A stretch of 63,984 bases of DNA, the filler included, from Intoshia linei (Eukaryota > Animalia > Orthonectida): NCBI GenBank assembly GCA_001642005.1. It is 7 parts of 7 records of this genome, joined end to end, with 100 filler letters (N's around TTAATTAATTAA, not from the genome) between each part and the next. Parts side by side here need not be neighbours in the genome. Positions count along the whole stretch, not along the records: positions 1 to 14,810 come from LWCA01000939.1; positions 14,911 to 40,438 come from LWCA01000496.1; 5 more parts are not named here. One strand, 5' to 3'. This document shows positions 13,579-24,900 of the stretch, one piece after another. The number at the start of each line of letters is the position of its first letter. Position 1 is the stretch's first letter. A program made the translations under genes and the position numbers. The notes under the pieces are model-generated. The model made no database searches, was not told the origin of the DNA, and was given only the letters and a program-made list of their open reading frames with translations.

Positions 13579-14326
13579 TTGTTTGATAATCATATTATAA
13601 TGAGATCTTCAGAATTAAATGATTATATAAAGTATTTCATAAGATTAACAGTAGTCCAGTGGAACATGCACCAACCCAATTTTTCTGAAGCAATATTTAT
13701 GCAATCATTTGAAGTATATTACAGTCCCACCAGCAGCCAAGTAAGGAAAAATTGGTACGAAAAGATCAAGAGGACGACCAAAAAAAGCTACTAAAGCTCT
13801 TTTGATAGATTAATTCTAGTGCAGATACATATGTATTGAACTATCACAAATTAAATTTATTTGTATCCATATCGGTTATCATTACTTAACTGTTAATTAA
13901 TAGTAAATTTATTATCGTAAAATTGTCGTATATTATTAAATGCATATAATTGAATTTTTATTTTTTTGATAAAATTTAAAAATCGCCCTAGACAATAAAT
14001 CTTTCCCATTGGGAATCACTGCATTAGGGTGTAGCGCTAATTAGAAGACAGAAAAGTATTTTTCATAATTTTTTGTGTTTTTCAATTTGTGGGTGGTAAG
14101 TTACCACTAGTTATACTACTAGTAGTGATGACACTATTTTTATGATTAACCTCAACCTATATTAATCCACATTCTAATTGTACCATTGAATCACCCATCG
14201 TTTCAAAATAAATTTCGAAATTTTGCCTTAATTACAGTTGACATTTATACAAATATTTATTCAGATGTATGAGAAAATTTAGGTTCTTTTCACAAAATAA
14301 TTGTTTAAATCTGAATATTTTGGATA

Positions 14327-14699
14327 ATGTCTGATGAATTTTCATTAAATGTAGATTTGGTAACGTTTGTTTGCATTTAAATTATTTAAACCAGGAAAGT
14401 GAAATTAATGAGGGATACAAAAACAAATATGGAAGTAATAGAGAGGATCGTGTTAAAGAACTACGAAAGTTAGGTTTAACTATTAATGAGGTAAAGTTTT
14501 GAAAAATATATTAATACCATACTATAATAGCATATTATTCACCACTTTAAAAATTAAAATATACATAAATAATGTACATAAATTATATAGGATGACGCTA
14601 ATTCAAATAAAAAAAGTATCGATACTTCACGAATGTACCAAATATCAAAAGATATTGATAATTGTAACGATGAACTTAATAAGTGTGAATTTTATAAAG
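14327..14699 (+). CDS. 5' exons of an unidentified protein, truncated by the contig end
   Basis: ATG at 14327, then three in-phase exons separated by GT-AG introns: MSDEFSLNVDL / ESEINEGYKNKYGSNREDRVKELRKLGLTINE / DDANSNKKSIDTSRMYQISKDIDNCNDELNKCEFYK. No family motif recognised. Confidence 0.5.
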
Positions 14700-14810
14700 G
14701 TACCAAAAATAAATACCATATAAGCGTTATATATTTGAATATACGTATTATAATTTTATATATTAAAAATTTATCAATATAATTTAATAATTTAACTTGA
14801 ATAATTAATA

Positions 14811-14910
14811 NNNNNNNNNNNNNNNNNNNNNNNNNNNNNNNNNNNNNNNNNNNNTTAATTAATTAANNNNNNNNNNNNNNNNNNNNNNNNNNNNNNNNNN
14901 NNNNNNNNNN
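14811..14910. other. Artificial contig-joining spacer (44 N + TTAATTAATTAA + 44 N)
   Basis: Identical 100-bp spacers at 14811, 40439, 51715, 54156, 58407 and 62704; the 12-mer puts stop codons in all six frames. Confidence 0.97.
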
Positions 14911-16564
14911 TGCTTAATATCTATCCATTTGTGACTGAAATTGCTCTTGAAGTAATTATTACTTATGTTACAACATAGTTTTGTGATTCTGCATTTTCTA
15001 TTCTAACAAATTGATTAAAAAAAGAAAAAGGAATAAATTAGATGTCCGTGCCGGTATGCGAATGAGCCTATCAAAAACAATGCAAAGATTTAGCTCACTT
15101 CTCATTTTAAAGCAACAGTAACGATTCCATTAAAATTGGGGAGTAATTAATTTATCAGTATTTTAATTATATACTGACATTTTTAATAATAAATTTTCTG
15201 TATTTTCAACATAAAATTGTCAGTATACACACTAAAATATCAGTAATAAAAAGTATTTTGTCAGTATTCAATTACGTATTTGTCTGTTTTTAATTGCTTT
15301 CTTGTCAGTAAATATATTAACTAGATCAGTATTCATCGAAAATTGTAAGTAACTCAACAAAAAAGTATATAGAAATAAACACATTTTATAAAATAATATT
15401 TTGTCAGTAAAATAATTGAATTGTAAATTTAGTGATTTTGGATTGTCAGTATAAACATTAAAAATCTAGTTTTTAAAATAATATATCATCCACCACAGAC
15501 CCAAGTTAAAACTGAATTATTAAGATACCATATTATACCTACAAACCATATTACAAAAAAATTAGAAATATTCTATGGTGTTCACACCAGAAAATATTTT
15601 TTTATGAAATAAAATTTTTTGTCAGTTTCATTTTATACAGAACATTCAATTTAAATACTGACAGTATATGTAAAGTACTGACAAAATAATTTTTTTTACT
15701 GCCCTTCTAATTTAAATACTGACAATTAATTATTTATACTGACACCTTGTCAATTGGCACTTAAAATACTGAAAAACCATCTACAATACTGAAAAGTCAA
15801 TGTTTCTACTGACAAACCATCACCAATACTGACAAATCAATAATAAAAATACTGACGCGATAAATGCACGCCATTAAAATTTATCTAAATAATTTTGTTT
15901 AATTGTTATGTAAAAGTTTTCCGCTACTACTTAATTCATCTATTTTCTGAGTCTTTAACATTATATTTGAATAGTCTATTTTTGATTAATGAATTTGGTG
16001 GTATGACCAGGGCTACTACATTTGCCGATATTTTTCAATGGAAAATAGATAGTATATCTACTGGATATTGCAGTAGTACTTACAAAGCTTTTAGTGCGTA
16101 TGATAGTTGACACGTTTTCATCTTTATAAAGGTTTGAAGTAAGTACTGACAGGGTTATATGTCCCGTGTTTACAATTATGAGGCTTACTTTTTTAATTTA
16201 TTAATAGGTATTGATGACAAAATTTATTAAGTATATCATAATTTCGATAATCAATGCGATTCCCAATGGTTATTTTTAATTTTTAGATAATGAACGTTCG
16301 ATTAATTAATGTATAGAGGTCCATTTTTAAAAAATTTTTAAAGGGCCTATACTTTCCATGGCGCTCGGGCCTACTGCTGGCTCTCCTCGACCATTATTAT
16401 GACCAAATCAGCTTTAATTCTTAAATTTTATCCGTTTAATTTAAGTAACTAGTTAACACTTCATTTATAATTAATATTGTATTAATTGATTTTTAATCAG
16501 GGGTGCACAGTTATTAAGATCAATATTTAGGGGTGCATAGGTCAAAAAAGGTTAAGAACCACTG
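14911..16564 (+). mobile_element. 3' end of a degenerate Buster-type hAT transposon, interrupted by other repeats
   Basis: 14911-15133 gives a broken C-terminal peptide (YPFVTEIALEVI...CDSAFS...RNKLDVRAGMRMSLS...FH*). Right TIR AAAAAGGTTAAGAACCACTG ends at 16564. Confidence 0.55.
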
Positions 16565-17723
16565 CCCTAGACAATTTAAAATTTAAAAAAATTATATTTA
16601 ATAAATAACATAATTTTTATAATTTAAGTTCGATATTACATCATAGTTCATATTCGATATTCATATAAAATGCCAATAATAAATTATCTGTTAAAATCTA
16701 TCCTTAAAAAACATCAGTACAAAATTTTAAACTCATAATAAATTTCAATTAGAATAATAATTTGTACATCGTAAAAATTGGATAAATATTTTCTATAGAG
16801 ATGTAAAGTTTAAAATTATACTCAAGGTGTCTTGAAAATGTAGCGAACACAATTTCATAATATCTAATGATAAATTTATGCTAACATTTATAATATGGAA
16901 ATATTTTTTATAGATTTACATTGTCAAATTTTACTCAAGGTGTGTTGAAAATAAAATGAACAACTTACACTTAGATATAAATTTAAATACAGTATTCTAT
17001 TTCTAATTGGTCAAAAATTTTATTTACAAGAATGAAACAAATTAAATTCATATCAAATACAAGTTATCTTTCAAGCATTTATTATTATATTATTATTAAT
17101 GTTTTTTATAATTAAATGCATATATATGTTAATTTAATGTTAATTAACATATTATATTAATTAAATTTCAAAAAAATATTTGCAAAAACGTTTAATTATA
17201 TAGTAAATATTTAATTTTTATATTTAAATTCTAAAACTTTCTCATTTTTATGTTTAATTGTATATTTAAACAGTTTTAAATTTTATTTTCTCAGTCGTTT
17301 TCTCTTTTTCAAGCTTAACCGACCATCTTATTACATTTTCAACATTAAGCAAAATATTCTATCTTTATTTCATTGGAGCTTAAAATAGAAAGTATGAAAT
17401 ATTCAATGAAGCAAGCATTCCAAGATTTAAATCAGTTGACCTTTGGTAAAGATGTATGTAAGATAAAAACATATTTACAAAAAAGAATGATTTCAAACGC
17501 TCTTAATGATATTATGAATCCTGTAGGAAATATGCAAGTTTTACACGGCTGTTGTATGTTATCTTGCAAAGTTAAATTTGAAATTGAAACTTTAAATGTG
17601 TTAAAATTTGACGTTACAAATTTTATAATCTTAATTTTTTATAAAAAACGCAGGGAGTTAGCTATGATTTAAAGCTATTTAGAATTAATCGTATCGGTAC
17701 ACCTTATTGATGATCTTTTATAC

Positions 17724-18056
17724 CAGTGGTCTGCAACCTTTTACATCTCGTGGGTCACTTTTTTATATCAAAAAATTATATGGGCTCCGTTTTTGAAAAT
17801 TTACACATGATAAATTTTAATATTAACTGAAGAGAAACGTTTCTAAAATATTATTATATTCTAAATTTAGTATATTACACAAAATAAAATCCGGGACGTC
17901 TGAAAATTAAGTATTAACATAATTATAATGAGCCAATTATAGTAGAAAATGTTTAAAACGATGTTTTAAAGTAAAAAAATTTAAAAATAAATATATTAAA
18001 TATTTACTCAAAGGGGCACCAAAATTATTTATTCGGCCATTGGTTACCGACCCTTG
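17724..18056. mobile_element. hAT-derived MITE (second, degraded copy at about 21230-21499 in a dynein intron)
   Basis: Termini CAGTGGTCTGCAACC / GGTTACCGACCCTTG; perfect 8-bp TSD TTTTATAC; interior aligns by eye with 21230-21499. Confidence 0.8.
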
Positions 18057-18260
18057 TTTTATACATTTTAATTACATTTTTTTATTACGGCAATTATGTT
18101 GGATCATATATAAATTATTTAAATTCAAAGAGAAAATGAGTCAGCTTAGTTACAAGTTGTAGCTTACAACTTCAAACTTAGAAGTGCGCAAATTTTTAAT
18201 TTTTAATTAACGTTTGATATGGTTACATATAAACTCTAGTTTATTTTAAAATACAAAATT

Positions 18261-18677
18261 ATGAGTGCGGATAAGAGTAATATAAAAGTAAATGATAAGA
18301 AAAAGAGTGAACCAGATAATTCCAAAGACACTGAAAAAATGAATCAAGTATCTAAAACCAAAACAAATAATCAAAAATCAAACTTAGAATCTCAATTTAA
18401 CTCCTTATCAGATATGGTTAAACGTAAAGAAGAATTAACTGGTCAACTGATTGCTTTAGAAAAGCAAATTTATGCATTTGAAGGAAATTACCTACAAGAA
18501 ACACAAATTTATGGCAACGTAGTACGTGGTTGGGATAAATACCTATGTTCAACGAAAAACTTTTATAATGGTATAAACGACCCTCGTAACAAGAAAATTA
18601 AAGATTCAGATAGAATTTTTTCTAAATCTTCTGCTACTCTCTCCAATTATTTAAATGAAAATGAAAATTTAAAATAA
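18261..18677 (+). CDS. MEAF6: Chromatin modification-related protein EAF6/MEAF6 (NuA4/MYST HAT complex subunit), single exon
   Basis: LSDMVKRKEELTGQLIALEKQIYAFEGNYLQETQIYGNVVRGWDKYL and RNKKIKDSDRIFSKSSAT match the EAF6 signatures LERQIYAFEGSYLEDT..YGNIIRGWDRYL and ERLFSKSS. Confidence 0.95.
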   Translation: MSADKSNIKVNDKKKSEPDNSKDTEKMNQVSKTKTNNQKSNLESQFNSLSDMVKRKEELTGQLIALEKQIYAFEGNYLQETQIYGNVVRGWDKYLCSTKNFYNGINDPRNKKIKDSDRIFSKSSATLSNYLNENENLK

Positions 18678-18914
18678 ATTGATAGTTATAATTTCTGTTA
18701 TCTCTGTAAATGTACAAATTAAATTTTCACTATTAAGAGTGTTATACACGTGATTATTCTTGTATTACTGAATGTCGCGACTGAATTTTCGAAACTAGTT
18801 GGAAACATTAATTAAAAAACAAAAGATTTCATATACACTCAATTTTCAACGCATTCTTTTGTTTACATTAGTTATACTGATAAAATCAAACATTTGCCTT
18901 CGTAAAATCATTCC

Positions 18915-21900
18915 ATGGAGCGCATCAAGGTTTATTGTCGATTTTTAATTTGATTGTTTTATAGAGTTGGAAAAATGTAATTTTTCGAGGTATCGAAGAT
19001 TCTTCGAATAGTAATGTTCAACAGTCACTCCGAAGAGAGTTTACTCATGTAAAAAAAATTAAAAATTCTTTATAATTTAATAGATTGGTTTCATTAAATC
19101 TCCCGAAATAAAACCTATACCTGGTTTAATAAGAGAGGACACATGGACTTTAAACCCCTCCATTCATGATAATGTAATTTATCGATCTCCAAGTAATACA
19201 ATAGGAAACAATTATAGTCCAAAAGCTAAAGATTTATTTTGCACAGCGAGAACAATAAAATCTAGTAAGAAAAGATCAAAATATGAATCTTACTGTGATT
19301 ATGAAACTACCGGATTATTGTTTATTTTTAAAAGATAAAATTGTATTATTTTTTAGAATTCAAACAGATAGTTGCATAGATGATAACAGGCCAGGTTCTC
19401 CCTTGCAACAAATAAATTTAATTCGCAACACACTAAAAAAAGTTAATGATTCAAATGTCAGAATGTGTGACATGCAAGTATACATATTTTTTCAATATAA
19501 TTAAAAAACCCATGTTTTGTTACATCTTTGTATATTTAAATGACAAAAAGTCATCGTATCAATTTGAAAATATAGATAAAATTGGCAGTTGGTTAACTAA
19601 AAATAATTGATTTACATGAGTTTATTAGGTTTATATTTTAGCGTTATCACAATTACATAAATGATTCAATTGATTCAAAAATTATATTACAACAATGTTC
19701 TGGAGAGTTAGAAAAATTATGGGGCAGTCTCTTACTTCGATTCTCAGAGACTGATCTATATAATAACAAGAGTTTGTTAGAGAACATACACGGCGATATT
19801 AATGAGAGTTATGCATATAGCCTAAAAAAATGCATAGGTTTTTATTAATTGTAGTTCATTAATTTTCCTTTAGTCAACTACATTTTACGAAGTGAAGAAG
19901 CACAAACACGTTTAAATTTAAAAAGCATGTCTGACATTCACAGTAACTGGTAATATATCAACAAAATTCAATTATTATTAAATTAAAACACGTATTCTAT
20001 AAAACTAATCCAAGATTTAAGCATAATTCGAGCACCTGTACCTTGGAGTAGTTACATTCACAATTACAAAGCATCATTGGAGAAAATATTATTTACAACT
20101 AATGAAATTATGTTAGAAATTCACAAAAGTTGGACAATAATGTATTTCAATATAATTAAAATATATATTTTTTTCAGGATGGAAAACAAAGTATTTATAG
20201 ATATAGATAGTGATCAGAACAAAATTCCAATTAGCCCAACTCAATTTTACAGTTTAATAGATTCTAAATGTACTGAGACCAGAAAGTTTCTGATTGACGA
20301 GTAATTTTATTAATATGAAATATCATTTAACCATACAAATACAGATGGATGAAAACTATTTTGAATATTTTACTAAAGAAGAAACATTTTTGGGAAAATT
20401 ATTTGCCGTCTAAAAAGAAAAAAAAAAATAAAGAGTCCAATATAAATGATCAAAAAAATACTAATATATCACAAATTACTGGATTTTTTAAAACTATATC
20501 TAGTTTACTGTCGATACAATTGCGTTATATGACGAATAAAATGATTAGTGAATTTATAGAAATGTTTGAAGCTTATTATGTTTACCTTAATAAAATATCA
20601 TACTAAAAAAAATTTAGATCCACAGTTCAAATTTTTTAAATAACAAATGCTCACTTTTGCTTTTGAATATAATAATTAAAAATAAAAAAGTAACATTAAG
20701 TCCAAATTACAAAGATTGTCACCTAATTTTAATAAAATGTTTTCATACGATAATCAAAACAGGTAAATACATTTTTATCGTTAAACATGTAGGTTAAATA
20801 CATTCTTTTTAGTTAAGAATATACCAAATGTGGAGAATATGCTTTTTAAAAGTTTCAAGAATCTGACCAAAACTGATGCTTCAAATCAAAAAAAATCTTT
20901 GTTTGATAGTAGAAACAATATTATTCAATTGAAGGATTTGTACGAAAATATAATTTTTGAGTCTAGTGTCTGTGTTCGTTCAATTCAATTTGATGATAAT
21001 TGCGTTACTTCTCGCATTAATTATGCAACCGAAATACTTAAATTAAACTTTGAAAACCCTAAATTATATCTTCAAAATTACTCTGTTTTCTATCATCTTT
21101 CCAATAACAAATCTCATCAGGAAATTACCGAATTTTTGGAACATTCTCATTCGCTAGAAGGCTTAGTTTTGGTAATTCATATTTAAATTCTAATTTTTCG
21201 GCGCCAGTCCATCGTTGTATTAATTGTTGACTTTTTTATTCATATTATTTTCAAAAAATTATATGGGCCCGTTTTGGAAAATTTAAACATGATAAATTTC
21301 AATTTTAAACGAAGAAAAAGTTCTAGTATATTCAACAAAATAAAATCGGGGACGATCTGAAAATTCAATATTAAAATTATTGTAATGATTTAATTATAGT
21401 AGACAATGTTTAAAACGGTGTTTTAAAGTTGAAAAATTTAAAAATAAATAATTTACATATTTACTGAAAGGGTCACCAAAAGTATTCTGCCGACCCTTGT
21501 TATACATTGCATAATTATAAACAAATAATAATATAATATTTACAGAAAATTGAAGAAATTCGACAAGTTTGTATGGAAATTTTGTCTTTTCAGATAAATA
21601 TACAATTCAACATGATTTGTCTTAATTCTGAATCTATAAACAATGAATTGTATGGCCGAGGAAACGATTTGATAAAATTAATTGTGAAATTTCAAAATAA
21701 TCAAAACCGAGAAGCGAATAAAGCGTATATATTACAATAAAAAAATTAAATTAATTCTTTGCTTTAGAATCATACGTGAATTTGAAGTTATTTCTGAAAA
21801 TTTGAATAATAAAATTACTAAAACAGAAGAACTCATTAACCAACAAAAATATTTAGTTAAAGTAATCAATATTATAAGATTACAAAAAATTGACATTTAA

Positions 21901-24900
21901 AAATAGATTTCAGAAGTAGAAATTCACAGATTAATTGAATATATACGGTCTGCCGCAAAAAGATTTGAATTTCTAGCAGAATATTCAAACATGTCGAGTA
22001 ATGTACATTGTATTTTTGTAATGTAAATAATGTTCTAGCTGATGATATAAAATTAAACACTTCTGTTATTCATTGGCCAGATCATTTAAAAAACTTGTTG
22101 GGAATGTGTAAAAATAATTTGGAACACAGTCGAGACACAATACAAAACGAATTGGTGAATAAAATTAAAGAAACTAAAACTGAGATTGACAGTTATTATG
22201 ATGAACTTTATACATATAAGAAAAAGGAGGTATTTTTATTTTTTAAATGTTTTTAGTATGTGTTAGTTAATTACCCAAGATGAGTTGAAACATAATGCTA
22301 CCGAATTGGAAGAAATTTCAAACAAGGTGGAAAGATTATACGCCAATTGCAAACAAATAAACTACGAAGAAAATCTCCTGGATAGAGAAGTTACCGTTTT
22401 TGAAAATTTAGAACAACTTATGCACGTGAAAAACAATTATTATGATTTGTGGAAAATATCGTATGATTTTTATTTGAAAAACGATACGTGGTGCAATGGT
22501 AAAAAAAAATAAATATTATATTACCCGTTAGGTTACCTGAAAGACTTAGACTACGAAGAATTCAATACTACCATTAATAATATGTTAAATAGAATGAACG
22601 AGCTTATGGTGGAATTTTCAGATTTAGTTTCTCCCAGAACTATAGCAGAGAAAATGAAACATAAAATTCAGAAATTGATGCAAAATTCACCAATTATTAA
22701 AAATTTGTGCAGCAAAGCTTTAAGAGAAAGACATTGGATTGAAGTAATTATACATGAGATCAAAACTGTCGTATATAACCAGAATCATCTGAGTCCACGA
22801 TAAAATTGACCCATTTAATTCTCTGTGGACCCAGTTTTCTAAATTTCGGAATATTCATTTATAATTTAGATTTCCAAGTTGATGGACATTTACTCAATCA
22901 ACGAAGAAAAAGTCTGCTTTAATTTAATGTTGGAATATGATGTTCAAAATTTCAGTGAAGGGTAATGTGAATAAGAAAAGAGTACAGATTTATTTAGAAT
23001 CGATAAAATTACTCAACGAGCGGAACAAGAGTGGAAAATAGAAAAATCACTACAAGAAATACAAGGCATATGGAATGTGTTGAAATTAAACATTAAAGAA
23101 TACTCCGAATATCCGGTTTTTTGGTTATTTTTAACTCATCATTTTCATTTAGTCGTACTATATGCTGGGAGAAATTGAAGATATAGTGTCCATGATTGAT
23201 AATCATTCTATACGTATCAAATTTTTAAAAGTTTCAAACCACGTAGAACCATTTCTTAAAAATTTAAACGAAATAAATGAAAATCTGCAGAACATGAGCA
23301 AAATATTTTCATTATGGCCACAGGTTCAATCCTTTTGGGTTTACTTGAAACCAATGTTTGGAATAAGCGATATACTATCACAAATCCCGGATGAATATAA
23401 TGAGTTCATTATGGCAGACAGTGATTGGAAAGACATAATGATTAATGCACATAATAAGAAGGTTTGCATTGACGTACTCACAATTAATCAGCTGTACATG
23501 CGATTGGATCAAATTTATAAAAGAACAGAGAATATAATAAAAACAATGCGATCATATTTGGCTAAGAAGCGTAACGGTTTTGCTCGGTAAATTTAATTTA
23601 AGAAAAATATAATTTTTCAAATTTAGTTTTTGGTTTATTAGTGATGAAAGCCTAATGAAAATTTTGGCAAATTCTCAAAATTTTTTAGAACTACAAGAAA
23701 AAATTTCCACTTTATTCCCTTGTATTGACAGGCTTGATATTGATGAAAATAATGGAGAAGTAGTAGTAATTTCAAACAAAAATGATGTGACGGTTTTAGT
23801 AGATAAAGTGAATGTAAACAAATACGAGGTTAAAAGCTTTAATAACATTTCAATATTTTCTAGGCAAGTGTGGAAAATCTTTTAACAAATTTTCAAAATA
23901 ATTTAAAAATAACGATAAAGTCAAATATAAACACTTGTGTCGAGCATTATGAAAAATATACGTTTGAAAGTTTGATTACGGCTTTTCCTATTCAAACCGT
24001 TCTAGTATCGGAATATATTATTTGGACTAAATTGATTAGCAAGGCGATAAGAAATGCAGACATAAGGGTACATTTTACATTTGATTGCATAGTTTAATCA
24101 GCATTTAGAAATTTGTACATTTGTACACTGAAAAATTAGAAAAAATTTTCCAACAACTCAAAACAAAATGGACTTGCAATGTTTACAATTGTGCTATAAT
24201 GATTTTAAATTGTTTTTAATAATAATAATTTTTTAATTAATGTTTAGTAAGAGACATTATTTCCTCATTGGTCGAGGATAATAATAACAATCTTCTTAAT
24301 TGTGAATCATTTGAATGGCTCAAACAAATGAGATATGATTTGCATGACGGTAACATTAATGTTCATATGATGGATTATAATCACGAATATAAATGTGATT
24401 ATTTGGGAGATGTTGTATGTATGGTTTCAACTTCTAAAACCGATAGATGTACAAGGTAAACTACTGGACTATTTAGGTCATTTTCGTGTATTTAGATCGT
24501 TATTTTTATCATTTTGTGAACACCGAATGTGCACTTTAACGAACGACGTTTGCAATGGAGCCTCTCAATATGTTTTTGAAAATTTATCTGCATGTTTAGG
24601 AATTGAAGTAACTATTATAAATCAGATGATTTAGTATTATAATTTAGAATATTAATTATGTATGCTTTTCTTCAGACTATCGAAAATCTATGTGTAACAT
24701 TTTCAAAGGTGTTGTACAATGTGGAATGTGGTGTTGTATGGTCAACATAAACGATATGCATGTAAATTATTAAATTGAAATATAAATAAAAATTTACGTT
24801 TAGAGAGAAAATTTAGATTTTACACTAGATTGCATGAATCTTGTGAAATTTTCATTTAACCATCAAAAAAATATGATAAATATTGACTCATGTCAATTTG

